Source: Alphaproteobacteria bacterium (lineage in GTDB: Bacteria > Pseudomonadota > Alphaproteobacteria > UBA828). From it: DNA of 64,000 bases. The notes beneath the pieces were generated by a model, which had not been told where the DNA came from, did no database searches, and saw only the letters and a list, made by a program, of their open reading frames with translations. The stretch is from assembly GCA_963422645.2 (NCBI GenBank), contig CAXXVO010000007.1, positions 704,001 to 768,000 of the forward strand. Reading direction: 5' to 3'. Positions 1 through 10,226 of this stretch are shown in pieces (position 1 is the first letter of the stretch; each line of letters starts with the position of its first letter). The translations under genes and the position numbers were made by a program.

Positions 1-215
1 TGATAGGCGGTGCAGAGCGCCGCCGGTGGAAGCCCGCAAGCGTTCATTGCCCGTGTGCGGTTCTCGTGCACGGCCTCGGAGTCGTCGCCAGAGCCGAAGC
101 CGCAGTTTAGAGAGCGGTAGAGCCCCTCGCTGACGCCGCCGCTGCGGCCGAAGAAGCCGTGGCGGATGCGGCCGCCGGGATCCTCCAGCAGGGCGTGAGA
201 GATGGGCTCGATCAT
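1..215 (-). CDS. pgeF: Peptidoglycan editing factor PgeF/YfiH family, 5' part (runs off window)
   Basis: Manual translation MIEPISHALLEDPGGRIRHGFFGRSGGVSEGLYRSLNCGFGSGDD...ENR; HGFFxRxGGVSxGxYxSLN motif; ATGA overlap with upstream gene. Confidence 0.85.
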   Translation of the reverse strand, partial: MIEPISHALLEDPGGRIRHGFFGRSGGVSEGLYRSLNCGFGSGDDSEAVHENRTRAMNACGLPPAALCTAY

Positions 216-1303
216 GGTTTCGCTGCGCGCGCCGGCTGCTCGAAGCCGGGCGGGGCGCCGAGCGCCGGGTGCGCGAACGCCATCGCCTTGAAGAGTGCGC
301 CCATTCCGTGCGCGCCCGTGAGGCGGCGCAGCGCGGCGTCGATTTCCACCGCCTGTTCGGCGCTTGTGCTCTGCCGCAGCCGGGACGCCCGCGCGTCGAT
401 CCCCAGTGCTCCCAGAAAATCTCCCTGGCGCACGGGCCCGAAGACTTGGGCGCCGGCCTGCCGCGCTGCAGCTGACAATGAGGAGAAGTCCACGTGGGCG
501 GTCAGGTCGGCGGTTCCCGGATCGTCCAGCACGCCGTGGCGGCGGTGTTGCTTCACTGCCTGCAAGGAGTCGCCGATCCCAGTCTGCTCGTACCCGTAGT
601 CGATAATGAGGGCCGCACCGCCATCCGCCGCAACCCGCTCGGCGAGAGCGCCAGCCAGCGCTTCGCGCGCTGGAGCACGTTCGACGATGGCGCCGGGAGG
701 CGCACATCCGAGGCCGATCTCGACGGGGACCGAATTGGTGGCGGCGAAGCGGAGCGTCCGGGACGAGGGCGCGAGCGCGACGACGCGTTCCTGCCAGGTG
801 CCGTCGATCCGCTCGAATTGCTGGATTGGCAATGCGTCGAAGAACTCGTTCGCAACGATCAACGCAGGGCCGGGCGGCACTGTCTCGAAGTGTTCGTGCC
901 AGGTCGGTCGGGCGTCGGTCAGCCGTGCGGCCTGCTCTGCGCGCAGGCTCTCGCTGGTCTCCACAAGGTGCAGGTCGATGGCGGCGCGGAAGGCCGGCAC
1001 TGTCGCCGCGGCGCGCAATGCGTCGGCGAGGAGGGTGCCGCGTCCGGGACCAAGCTCAACCAGGCGCAGGGGGTGCGGTTGGCCCATGCTCTGCCACACC
1101 GCTGCGCACCAAAGCCCGATCAACTCGCCGAACATCTGGCTCACCTCGGGCGCGGTGATGAAGTCGCCGCAAGCGCCGATGGGTCGGCCGCGGCGGTAAT
1201 AGCCGTGCTCGGGATGATGGAGGCAAAGCTCCATGTAGGCGGCAACGCTGATCGGCCCGTGGCGCCTTATTCGCTCCCGAATTTCTACCCCGAGAGCCGT
1301 CAT
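212..1303 (-). CDS. SAM-dependent methyltransferase, MidA/NDUFAF7 family
   Basis: GDFITAPEVSQMFGE, ELGPGRGTL, ANEFFDALP, IDYG, DLTAHVDF motifs; lies between lgt and pgeF. Confidence 0.9.
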   Translation of the reverse strand: MTALGVEIRERIRRHGPISVAAYMELCLHHPEHGYYRRGRPIGACGDFITAPEVSQMFGELIGLWCAAVWQSMGQPHPLRLVELGPGRGTLLADALRAAATVPAFRAAIDLHLVETSESLRAEQAARLTDARPTWHEHFETVPPGPALIVANEFFDALPIQQFERIDGTWQERVVALAPSSRTLRFAATNSVPVEIGLGCAPPGAIVERAPAREALAGALAERVAADGGAALIIDYGYEQTGIGDSLQAVKQHRRHGVLDDPGTADLTAHVDFSSLSAAARQAGAQVFGPVRQGDFLGALGIDARASRLRQSTSAEQAVEIDAALRRLTGAHGMGALFKAMAFAHPALGAPPGFEQPARAAKP

Positions 1304-2130
1304 TACCCGGCCTGCCCGCCCGCTCGCCCGTCAACCCGAGGCACCGGGGGGATGCGGAGGATGAGGAAGAGCCCGACCAGGATCATCGGGAGCGAGAGCA
1401 CCTGCCCCATGCTGATGCCGGGCAGGATGAAGCCGAGGAACGCATCCGGTTCGCGGAACAGCTCGGCGATGATCCGGGCGACGCCGTAACCCACCAAGAA
1501 GAGCCCGGTGACGGTGCCCGGCCGACGGACCACCCGCCGCATGTGCACGGCGACCGCGAGGATAGCGAACAGGACGAGGCCTTCCAGGACTGCCTCGTAT
1601 AATTGGCTCGGGTGGCGCGGCTCAGGCCCGCCGCCCGGGAACACCATCGCCCATGAAACGTCGCTCACCCGACCGTACAGCTCGCCGTTAATGAAATTCG
1701 CTATACGCCCCAGGCAGAGACCGATCGGCACCTGTGCGCAAACCGCATCAGCAACGGAGAGCAGGCTGATTTTCATGAAGCGGCTGTAGAGGACCACGAC
1801 GACGAGCACGCCCAGAGCGCCGCCGTGAAAGGACATCCCGCCCTGCCAGACCACGAAGATTTCACCGGGATTGGAGAAGTAGTACCCCGGTTGGTAGAAC
1901 AGCACGTAGCCCAACCTGCCGCCCACCACGACACCGAGTATGCCAAACACCAACAGGTCGTCGGCGTGGCGCTTCGTCAGACCATCGATGCGTTTCTCGG
2001 CGAGATAGCGGACGTACCGCCAGCCAAGCAGCAGGCCGACGACGTAGGACAGCGCATACCAGCGGATGGCGACGGGACCGATCTCGACGGCCACCGGGTC
2101 GATGGCGGGGAAGGCGAGGGCGAGGGTCAT
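1303..2130 (-). CDS. lgt: Prolipoprotein diacylglyceryl transferase
   Basis: IRWYAL, GGRLGYVLFY, GGMSFHGG, GRIANFINGELYGR, RHPSQLYE motifs. Confidence 0.97.
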   Translation of the reverse strand: MTLALAFPAIDPVAVEIGPVAIRWYALSYVVGLLLGWRYVRYLAEKRIDGLTKRHADDLLVFGILGVVVGGRLGYVLFYQPGYYFSNPGEIFVVWQGGMSFHGGALGVLVVVVLYSRFMKISLLSVADAVCAQVPIGLCLGRIANFINGELYGRVSDVSWAMVFPGGGPEPRHPSQLYEAVLEGLVLFAILAVAVHMRRVVRRPGTVTGLFLVGYGVARIIAELFREPDAFLGFILPGISMGQVLSLPMILVGLFLILRIPPVPRVDGRAGGQAG

Positions 2131-2309
2131 CGGTAGGGATCGTCCCTGTTCAAGATCGTCGTGAAGGGCGCGGCGCGGCGCGCGCGCAGCAAGCGCACCA
2201 TCTGCGCTTCCCTAGAGTTCCACGCGGCGCGGCCGGTTATAGGGTCGTGCCCTTGCCACCCGCAAGCACCGTCCGCACACCGAGGCTCGGGCCGAAGACG
2301 ACAATTCGG

Positions 2310-3188
2310 TCAAATCGTCCGCAGCAGCCCGCTCGTTACCAGTCGTAGTTTTTGCGTCGCCGTGAACCTGATGCGCCGGCCTGCGACCGGGAAACCGGCA
2401 CGCTCGATGCGGTCGAGATAGGCCTCGTAAACACTGCGCATGAGGATGGCAGGCCGCATGGAGCGGCGTTCCGAGCGCGGCAGAGCCTCGCTCGCTGCGC
2501 CGAAGTGCCGACGCGCCATCTCGCCCAGAGTGCGGCAAACTTTCTCCACCCCCGGCGTGCGCCCGATCGCCTCCGGCTTGATGTCCGCGAGACCCTGCTT
2601 CGCCAGCAGCTCTTGCGGCAGGTAAATGCGGCCGCGCTTCGCGTCCTCGGCCACGTCGCGGAGGATGTTGGTGAGTTGAAAGGCCTGGCCGAGATGGCCT
2701 GCGAAGGTGGGAATGCTACGCGCACGGTACCCGAATATTTCGACCGAGAGCAGGCCGACACAGCCGGCGACGCAGTGGCAGTAGCGTTCGAGCTCGGCGA
2801 GCGTCGGCCGCAGCATGGCGCCGCCGCCGTCCATCTCGAACCCTTCCAGGATCTCCATGAAGTGCTTCTCGGCGAGCCCGAAGCGCTCGACCGGGACGGC
2901 GAGCGCTTTCGTTACCGGGTGGCGCGGCATGCCTTGGTAGAGCGCCCGGATTTCGCCGCGCCAGGCGTCGATCAGCGCGCGCGACTCCGTCGGGTCCTCA
3001 ATCTCGTCGGCGACGTCGTCGGTCTCCCGACAGAAGGCATAGAGCGCCAGCATCGCCTCGCGCTTCTCGCGCGGCAGCAGCATCATCGGAAGGAAGAACG
3101 AGCTTCCCGACGCCCGGGTCACTTCGGCGACGTAGCGCTTCGGGTCGGGCGCCTCCGGGATCGGCAGACTGACCGCCGCACTCACCAT
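2310..3188 (-). CDS. hpnD: Presqualene diphosphate synthase HpnD (squalene/phytoene synthase family)
   Basis: SGSSF, YAFCRETDDVAD, QLTNILRDVAEDAKRGRIYLP; real start ATG 3188 overlaps hpnC stop (ORF-track extension to 3746 is spurious). Confidence 0.85.
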   Translation of the reverse strand: MVSAAVSLPIPEAPDPKRYVAEVTRASGSSFFLPMMLLPREKREAMLALYAFCRETDDVADEIEDPTESRALIDAWRGEIRALYQGMPRHPVTKALAVPVERFGLAEKHFMEILEGFEMDGGGAMLRPTLAELERYCHCVAGCVGLLSVEIFGYRARSIPTFAGHLGQAFQLTNILRDVAEDAKRGRIYLPQELLAKQGLADIKPEAIGRTPGVEKVCRTLGEMARRHFGAASEALPRSERRSMRPAILMRSVYEAYLDRIERAGFPVAGRRIRFTATQKLRLVTSGLLRTI

Positions 3189-4066
3189 GCCTGGACGACG
3201 CTGCGCAGCACGAGGCCGACGCGGCTCACTTTGGGCACTCTGATACGGCCGGCGAGGGGGTCGCCCTTCGCGAGCCTGCGCTGGAGCGCCCAGGCCAGCC
3301 TGACGATCACCGCGCACTCCCAGCGGAAGCGCCGGCGGCGCACCGAGCGTGGCATCGCCTCGGCGCGCCGGAGCAATTCCGCTGTCCCATCGAGACACCG
3401 GTCGATGGCATTGCGTACCGCCGGCGACGCCCGCCGCTCGGCGAGCATCTCGACACCGCCGCCAGCCTCCTGCAGCCAGGGTTCCGGCACGTACACGCGG
3501 TTCAGCGTGAGGTAATCCTCGCCGCAATCCTGCAGATGATTGAGCACCTGCAGGGCATTGCAGAGCGCGTCCGAGCCCTCGATATCGGCGTGGCCGCTTT
3601 CGCCGTGGATGTCCATCATCACCCGGCCGACCGATGCCGCCGAGCGCCGGCAGTAGTCCATCAGCTCGTCCCAGTCGGCGTAGCGCAGCTTGGTCGCGTC
3701 CTGGATGAAGGCGGAGAGCAGGTCGCGCCCGTTCTGCGCCCGGCATCCGGTTTCGATCAGGCTCCGGTGATAGGGGACGGCCCAGTCGGGGAGCGCCGCC
3801 TCGTCCTTGCCGAGGGCATCACTCGCAGCCTGCAGCCGGGCCACCTTTTCGGCTGCCGGGATGGTCGGCGAATCGGCGATGTCGTCGGCCTTGCGGGCGA
3901 AGAGGTAGAACGCATGGACCTGGGGCCGGCAGTCAGGCGGGATCAGGAAGGAGCCGACCGGAAAGTTCTCGCTGTTCGCGCGGATCAGCGCACGGATGCT
4001 CTCCTCGCGCGCGGCCGGCGCCTGGCCGCCCGCCGGTTCCACCGCTGCGGATGCGGAAACCGTCAT
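3182..4066 (-). CDS. hpnC: Squalene synthase HpnC
   Basis: ENFPVGSFLI, FARKADDIAD, YCRRSAASVGR, LQVLNHLQDC motifs; directly upstream of hpnD. Confidence 0.88.
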   Translation of the reverse strand: MTVSASAAVEPAGGQAPAAREESIRALIRANSENFPVGSFLIPPDCRPQVHAFYLFARKADDIADSPTIPAAEKVARLQAASDALGKDEAALPDWAVPYHRSLIETGCRAQNGRDLLSAFIQDATKLRYADWDELMDYCRRSAASVGRVMMDIHGESGHADIEGSDALCNALQVLNHLQDCGEDYLTLNRVYVPEPWLQEAGGGVEMLAERRASPAVRNAIDRCLDGTAELLRRAEAMPRSVRRRRFRWECAVIVRLAWALQRRLAKGDPLAGRIRVPKVSRVGLVLRSVVQAW

Positions 4067-4072
4067 CGGCCG

Positions 4073-5299
4073 CTAGGTGTCGTTGGCGAGCAGCCGCTCG
4101 GCGTGCTCCCTCGCAGCGCTGTCCATCGCGTACACATCGTCCAGCCCGTCGATGGCGCGATGGTTGGTCTGCTCGAGGCAGCGCTCGACCATCTGCGCGA
4201 TCTCCAGGAAGCCAATGCGGCGCTCCAGAAAACCGCCGACGGCGACCTCGTTGGCGGCGTTGAGCACGATCGGCGCACTGCCGCCTTGCGTCAGCGCCTC
4301 TTGCGCGAGCCGAAGCGCCGGGAAGCGCACCGGGTCCGGCGGCTCGAAGGTGAGGCGGCCGAGCGTCGCGAGGTCGAGCCGGGGCGAGGGCGCCGCCATG
4401 CGGGCCGGCCAGGCGAGGGCGTAGGCAATCGGCGTGCGCATGTCGGGCGTGCCCAGCTGCGCAAGCACGGAGCCGTCCTCGTAGGCCACCATGCTGTGGA
4501 TCACCGATTGCGGATGCACCAACACCTCGATCTGCTCCGCATCGACCGGGAACAAGTGAAAGGCCTCGATCATCTCGAGGCCCTTGTTCATCATCGTCGC
4601 CGAATCCACCGAAATCTTGGCGCCCATATCCCAGTTGGGGTGGGCCACCGCCTGTTCGGGCGTGGCCTGTGCCATGGTTTCCACCGACACCTCGCGGAAG
4701 GGCCCGCCCGAGGCGGTCAGCAGGATCTTCTCGACGCTGTCTACGCGCTCGAAGTCGAACACCTGGTAAATGGCGTTGTGTTCCGAATCGACCGGAAGCA
4801 GCGTCGCGCCGCCGCGCTCGACCTCCGCCAGCATGAGCGAGCCGGCGCAGACCAGGCACTCCTTGTTGGCGAGGCCGATGACGGCACCCTGCGCGGCGGC
4901 CGCGATTGTCGGCCTGAGCCCTGCCGCGCCGACGATCCCGGCCATGACGAAATCGGCGGGTGCCGCTGCGGCCTCGACCAGGGCCTCGCGTCCAGCCGCA
5001 GCAACGGTATCCGTGCCCGCGAGCGCCTCCTTGAGCGCGCCGTAAAGCGTGGCATCGCCGATGACGGCCTGCCTCGCACCCACAGCGCGGGCCTGTTCGG
5101 CGAGCTGCGCCACGCTTCGCTGGGCAGTCAATGCCTCGACCTCGAAGGCCGCCGGGTGGCGGGCAATCAGGTCGATGGTGTTGCAGCCGATCGAACCCGT
5201 AGAGCCCAGAATGGTGACGCGCCTGGGCGCCGCTCCCTCGCCGGCGGCGGGGATATACGGCTCGGGCGCGACGTCGACGGCCGCGTCCATCGGCGTCAT
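4073..5299 (-). CDS. dxr: 1-deoxy-D-xylulose-5-phosphate reductoisomerase
   Basis: LGSTGSIG, LANKE, PVDSEH, TASGGPF, HPNWDMGAKISVDSATMMNKGLE. Confidence 0.97.
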   Translation of the reverse strand: MTPMDAAVDVAPEPYIPAAGEGAAPRRVTILGSTGSIGCNTIDLIARHPAAFEVEALTAQRSVAQLAEQARAVGARQAVIGDATLYGALKEALAGTDTVAAAGREALVEAAAAPADFVMAGIVGAAGLRPTIAAAAQGAVIGLANKECLVCAGSLMLAEVERGGATLLPVDSEHNAIYQVFDFERVDSVEKILLTASGGPFREVSVETMAQATPEQAVAHPNWDMGAKISVDSATMMNKGLEMIEAFHLFPVDAEQIEVLVHPQSVIHSMVAYEDGSVLAQLGTPDMRTPIAYALAWPARMAAPSPRLDLATLGRLTFEPPDPVRFPALRLAQEALTQGGSAPIVLNAANEVAVGGFLERRIGFLEIAQMVERCLEQTNHRAIDGLDDVYAMDSAAREHAERLLANDT

Positions 5300-5425
5300 T
5301 CACGAAGTCCCTTCGTCAGCCGGAGTCTTGGCGTAGTATGGCGAATATCTTTCCAGCCCTCTCCCGCCACCGCAACAGCAAAGGCCGAGCGACCAAGCGA
5401 GGGACCCGCGCCGCCGGAGGACGAC

Positions 5426-5758
5426 ATGAGCCTGACGAGCAAGACCTGCGAACCCTGCCGGGGCGGCATTCCGCCGCTCGAAGAAGCCGAAGCACGGACG
5501 TTTATGGATCAGACGCCGGGATGGGAGCTGATCGACGACGCCACTAAGATCCGCCGCACCTTCTCGCTCGGCAATTTTGCCGAGTCCATGGCGCTGGTGA
5601 ACAAGGTCGGCGATCTGGCGGAGGACGAGGGCCACCACCCCGACATCTCCTTCGGCTGGGGCTACTGCACGGTCCTGTTCTATACGCACAAGATCAAGGG
5701 CCTGCACGAGAACGATTTCATCATGGCAGCCAAGGTCAACGAGCTGGCTGGTGGGTAG
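5426..5758 (+). CDS. phhB: Pterin-4-alpha-carbinolamine dehydratase
   Basis: MSLTSKTCEPCRGG...EGHHPDI...YTHKIKGLHENDFIMAAK; GGAGG RBS. Confidence 0.9.
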   Translation: MSLTSKTCEPCRGGIPPLEEAEARTFMDQTPGWELIDDATKIRRTFSLGNFAESMALVNKVGDLAEDEGHHPDISFGWGYCTVLFYTHKIKGLHENDFIMAAKVNELAGG

Positions 5759-5874
5759 CGCCCTGATCGAAGTGCTCGCATAATTTGACACCCCGGTTCC
5801 ACTCCGGTTTGCAAGATTCCTGACAACCGATGCGACTCGGTTGACCCCGGCGCGCGTCGGGCCGCCCGCGCAGC

Positions 5875-6378
5875 TCACGCTTCCAGCAACGCGTCGAGTT
5901 CGGATATCCGCAGGATCAGCATCAGGGGCTCGCGATCCGAGAACGGACGGAAACCGAATCGGCCGTAAAAGGTCTTTGCCTGCTCGTCGATGGCCTGCAC
6001 CACAATGGCGCGGGCGCCGATGACCTCTGCCGCGGCCCGGGCGCGGCGCGCGGCGTCGACCAGCAGGTCAGAGCCGAGCCGCCGGCCCTGGTAGACGCTG
6101 TCCACGGCAAGCTGACCCAACAGGATGACCGGGACCGGATCCGGCATGTTGCGGCTGGCTCGGGACGAGAGACGCCACTTCTCGATAGCGCTTGCGGCCA
6201 GGCTGTAGAAGCCGGCCACGCGGTCGCCGTCGCAGGCGACATAGGTGCGTGCGCCGCCTTTGGCCTCGTTGAGACGTGCCTTGCTCTGCAGCCAGGCGTC
6301 GAGAGCAGGCACTCCCGATGAGAAGTGCGAAGCGTCGTGCCGGGTGCCGAGAGGCTCCGGCGCTGCTACCGGTCCCAC
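5875..6378 (-). CDS. GNAT-family acetyltransferase toxin (TacT/AtaT-like)
   Basis: FSSGVPALDAWL, PVILLGQLAVD, QGRRLG, FYGRFGF; overlaps a DUF1778 gene. Confidence 0.85.
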   Translation of the reverse strand: MGPVAAPEPLGTRHDASHFSSGVPALDAWLQSKARLNEAKGGARTYVACDGDRVAGFYSLAASAIEKWRLSSRASRNMPDPVPVILLGQLAVDSVYQGRRLGSDLLVDAARRARAAAEVIGARAIVVQAIDEQAKTFYGRFGFRPFSDREPLMLILRISELDALLEA

Positions 6379-6623
6379 TGCGGCCGGCGTGCGTAACGTT
6401 CCTTCACGGCGGGATCGGGATCCACCGGCGCGTCCAGCGCGGCGACGAACGCGTCCCAGGCCTCTTCGTCTAACGTGATGATCGGACGCTCGTTCAGAGT
6501 CTCGATCGCCGCCGCCTCGCTCGACCGCAGCACGAACTCGGTCCGTGTGACACCCCGGATCGCTGCCGCGCGGTCGATGAAGGCGAGGCGCTCTTCGGAC
6601 ATCCGGAAGTTGACTTGGGCCAT
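6366..6623 (-). CDS. DUF1778 ribbon-helix-helix antitoxin
   Basis: VNFRM...IDRAA...TRTEFV...ITLDEEAWDAFVAALDAP; paired with GNAT gene. Confidence 0.85.
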   Translation of the reverse strand: MAQVNFRMSEERLAFIDRAAAIRGVTRTEFVLRSSEAAAIETLNERPIITLDEEAWDAFVAALDAPVDPDPAVKERYARRPQWDR

Positions 6624-6728
6624 TGTGGCCTCCCGTGTGCGGGTTGCGGACGCATGACCTTCAGAGAAGAGCGTATAGCAAATGTATAGACAATAGGCAA
6701 TCGGACACGCGTTCTGGATCGCGCGAAG

Positions 6729-9700
6729 TTAGTGTGGCGCCGACTGTCCGGCGAGCGCGCAGAGGTCTTGCAGGATGCGCTGAACGCCGTCGAGTCGCGC
6801 CTCCGTGTCGGGCCAGCGTCGCGTGGCGACGAGGCGATTGTCGGGCCGGAGACGCACCTCGTTCTCCGGCGCCGAGACATAGCGGACCAGCGCCGCGGGT
6901 TCGCCGAAGCCGCCGTCCCGGAAACTCAGCACCGCACCCTTGGGCCCGGCCTCAATGCGTTCGATGCTGGTCTGCCGGCAGAGCTGCTTGATCGTCATGA
7001 TCTCCAGCAGGTGGCGCACCGATGCGGGCGGCGGGCCGAAACGGTCGGTCAGCTCGTCGATGAAGGCGTCGATCCCGGCCTGGTCTTCGAGCGTAGCGAC
7101 GCGGCGATAGAGGGTGAGCCGCACGTCGAGATCGCGCACGTAGCTCTCGGGGATCAATACCGAGGTGCCGAGGCTGATGGTGGGCGACCAGCGCTCGGCC
7201 GGCGCCGCCTCACCGCCTGCAGCAGCGCGCGCGGTTGCCACGGCCTCCTCCAGCATGTGCTGATAGAGCTCGATCCCCACCTCCCGGATGTGACCCGACT
7301 GCTCGGCACCCAAGAGGTTGCCCGCGCCCCTGATGTCGAGATCGTAGCTCGCCAGACTGAAGCCGGCGCCGAGTCCGTCGAGCCGGTGGATGACCTGGAG
7401 CCGCTTGTGCGCGGTGTCGGTGAGCCGGTGCCCCGGCGGTAGCGTCAGGTAGGCGTAGCCCCGCAGCTTGGCCCGGCCGATACGCCCGCGAAGCTGGTAA
7501 AGCTGGGCGAGGCCGAACCGGTCCGCCCGGTGCACGATCATGGTGTTGACCCGCTGCAGGTCGAGCCCTGATTCGATGATCGCGGTGGAGACCAGCACGT
7601 CGTACTTGCCGTCGTAGAATTCGCCCATGATGGTATCCAGCGTGCGCGCCGCGAGCCGGCCGTGGGCGACGGCGATTTTCACCTCGGGCACCAGCCGGCG
7701 CACGCGCTCGGCGACCTCGTCGAGATCGGCGATGCGGGGGCACACATAGAAGGTCTGGCCGCCGCGCAGGTGCTCGCGCATCAGCGCCTCGCGCACGACC
7801 ACCGGGTCGAAGGGCAGGATGAAGGTGCGCACCGCGAGCCGGTCCACCGGCGGGGTCGCGATGACGCTCATGTCGCGCACGCCGCTCAGCGCCATCTGCA
7901 GGGTGCGCGGGATCGGTGTCGCAGTGAGGGTCAGCACGTGGGCTTCGGCCCTGAGCTGCTTCAGGCGCTCCTTGTGGGCGACACCGAAGTGCTGCTCCTC
8001 GTCAACGACGACGAGGCCGAGATCGTTGAACACGATCTGCTTGCCGAGGAGCGCATGGGTGCCGATGACGATGTCGATCGTGCCAGCGGCGATGCCGCGC
8101 TTGGTCTCCGCCTGCTCCTTGGCCGGAACGAGGCGCGAGAGCTGGGCAATTTGAACCGGCAGCCGGGCGAAGCGCTCGCCGAAGGTTTGCATGTGCTGCC
8201 TTGAGAGCAGCGTGGTCGGTGTCAGCACCGCGACCTGCTTGCCGGCGTTTACTGCGTGAAAGGCCGCGCGCAGCGCAACTTCAGTCTTGCCGAAGCCGAC
8301 ATCGCCGCAGATCAGGCGGTCCATCGCCCGGCCCGCGTCGAGATCGCCGAGCGCCTCATCGATGGCGCGCGCCTGGTCCTCGGTCTCGACGTAAGGGAAG
8401 CCCGCGCAGAAGGCGTCGTAGAGGGCGCCAGGCGCCGCGAGCTGTGCGGCGGGCCTGGTCGCGCGCTCGGCCGCGAGCCCGATGAGCTGGTTCGCCATGT
8501 CGCGGATGCGTTGCTTGAGCTTCGCCTTGCGCGCCTGCCAAGCGGCCCCGCCCAGTCGGTCCAGCGCAACCGGACGGTCGGCCGAGCCATAGCGCGAGAG
8601 CAGGTCGATGTTCTCCACCGGCAGGAAGAGGCGGTCGTCGCCCTCGTAGAGGATGCGCAGGCAGTCGTGGGGCGCGTGATCGACCTCGAGCGTGACCAGG
8701 CCGTCGTAGCGGCCGATGCCGTGGTCGACGTGCACGACCAGATCGCCGTCGGCGAGCGCCGCCACATCCACCAGAAACTCTTCGGCGGGCTTCCGGCGCC
8801 GACGTTCCTGCCGACTCGAGCGGACGCCCAGGATGTCCTGCTCGGCGATCACGGCGAGACCCGTCGAGACGAACCCCCGCTCCAGCGGCAGCACGGCCGC
8901 CGCCGCGATGCTCGGCGGCAGCGCGCAGGCCCCATGCCAATCCGCGACCGGCTCGATTCCGTGCACGCCATGCTCCTGCAGCAGGCGGACCATGCGATCC
9001 CGGCTGCCGGCGCCGCCGCTCGCAATCAGAATCCGCAGGCCGCTGTCCAGCAGACGGTCGATGTGCGCGCCGACCGTCTCGAACAGCGCCCCGTGCTGCT
9101 GCGTGCGCTCGGCGACGAAATCGCGCCCATCGCGGGCACCGGCGTCCGCCCCGCCCTCGGCCTCGACGAAGGGCGAGCACTGCACGACCGGGCGCTCGGC
9201 AAGCAGGCGTTGCCATTCGTCGGCATCGAGAATGAGCGACTCCGGCGGGACCGGGTGGTAGGGCGCGTCCGCGATCGAAGAGGAAGGTGGGTTGGCACGA
9301 GCGCCGTAGAAATCGGCAATGGTCTCGAAGCGGTCGTCGCGCACTTCCGCCGCCCGATGATCGAGGAGAACAGGGCCCTCCGGGACGTAGTCGAAAAGTG
9401 TTTCCAGCCCCTCGTGGAACATCGGCAACCAGTGCTCGATCCCGGGGTAGCGCCTGCCGGCGGAGACCGCTTCGTAGAGCGGGTCATCGCCCGTTACGGC
9501 GCCGAACGCGCGACGGTAAGCGCCACGGAATCGGGCGATCGACTGCGGCGTGAGCAAAACCTCGCTGACCGGCGCGAGGTGCAACGCGTCGGCAGGCTCC
9601 GTGCGCCGCTGCGACACGGGATCGAACCAGTGCATGGTTTCGATAACGTCGCCGAAGAAGTCGAGCCGCACCGGACGCTCGGCGTTGGGGGGGAAGATAT

Positions 9701-10226
9701 CGATGATACCGCCGCGCACGGCATAGTCGCCGGCCTCCATCACCGTGCCGGTGCGGACGAAACCGTTGCGCTCCAGGTAGCCCAGCAGGGTCTCGATATC
9801 GAGCGACGTACCGGTCGCGAGCGGGAGGGTCGCGTCAGCCAGCATCGTGCGGTGCGGCACCCGCTGCACCGCCGCATTGACCGTGGTGAGCACAACCTTG
9901 GGCCGCGCCGCGCCGTCGCTCAGCAGGCGGACAAGGCCGGCGAGCCGCCTGCTCGCGATATCGGCGCGGGGCGAGACTCGGTCGTAGGGCAGGCAATCCC
10001 AGGCCGGGATCGTGACCTGGGCGCAATCGGGATCGAAGAAGGCGAGCATCGCGGCAAGCCGCGCGAGCCTGGCGTCGTCGCGGGCGATGTAGAGGACGGG
10101 TGCGGCCTGCGCTTGCGCGAGGCCGAGCAGAACCGCAGCGGCGAAGCCCTCGGGAACCCCGCCCAGGCTCGTCGCCCCAGGCTGGGCCAGGGCACGCAGG
10201 CAGCGGTCGGGGACGAGCGCGGTCAA
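6729..10226 (-). CDS. mfd: Transcription-repair coupling factor
   Basis: 1165 aa; WDCLPYD, RGGIIDIF, GDVGFGKT, DEEQHFG, TATPIPRT, QLRGRIGR, TRCF C-terminus. Confidence 0.97.
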   Translation of the reverse strand: MTALVPDRCLRALAQPGATSLGGVPEGFAAAVLLGLAQAQAAPVLYIARDDARLARLAAMLAFFDPDCAQVTIPAWDCLPYDRVSPRADIASRRLAGLVRLLSDGAARPKVVLTTVNAAVQRVPHRTMLADATLPLATGTSLDIETLLGYLERNGFVRTGTVMEAGDYAVRGGIIDIFPPNAERPVRLDFFGDVIETMHWFDPVSQRRTEPADALHLAPVSEVLLTPQSIARFRGAYRRAFGAVTGDDPLYEAVSAGRRYPGIEHWLPMFHEGLETLFDYVPEGPVLLDHRAAEVRDDRFETIADFYGARANPPSSSIADAPYHPVPPESLILDADEWQRLLAERPVVQCSPFVEAEGGADAGARDGRDFVAERTQQHGALFETVGAHIDRLLDSGLRILIASGGAGSRDRMVRLLQEHGVHGIEPVADWHGACALPPSIAAAAVLPLERGFVSTGLAVIAEQDILGVRSSRQERRRRKPAEEFLVDVAALADGDLVVHVDHGIGRYDGLVTLEVDHAPHDCLRILYEGDDRLFLPVENIDLLSRYGSADRPVALDRLGGAAWQARKAKLKQRIRDMANQLIGLAAERATRPAAQLAAPGALYDAFCAGFPYVETEDQARAIDEALGDLDAGRAMDRLICGDVGFGKTEVALRAAFHAVNAGKQVAVLTPTTLLSRQHMQTFGERFARLPVQIAQLSRLVPAKEQAETKRGIAAGTIDIVIGTHALLGKQIVFNDLGLVVVDEEQHFGVAHKERLKQLRAEAHVLTLTATPIPRTLQMALSGVRDMSVIATPPVDRLAVRTFILPFDPVVVREALMREHLRGGQTFYVCPRIADLDEVAERVRRLVPEVKIAVAHGRLAARTLDTIMGEFYDGKYDVLVSTAIIESGLDLQRVNTMIVHRADRFGLAQLYQLRGRIGRAKLRGYAYLTLPPGHRLTDTAHKRLQVIHRLDGLGAGFSLASYDLDIRGAGNLLGAEQSGHIREVGIELYQHMLEEAVATARAAAGGEAAPAERWSPTISLGTSVLIPESYVRDLDVRLTLYRRVATLEDQAGIDAFIDELTDRFGPPPASVRHLLEIMTIKQLCRQTSIERIEAGPKGAVLSFRDGGFGEPAALVRYVSAPENEVRLRPDNRLVATRRWPDTEARLDGVQRILQDLCALAGQSAPH

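Noticed and set aside
5760-5870. Lower-GC spacer between phhB and the GNAT toxin as a possible IS end or small RNA
   Set aside because: No partner repeat, TSD or convincing structure found.
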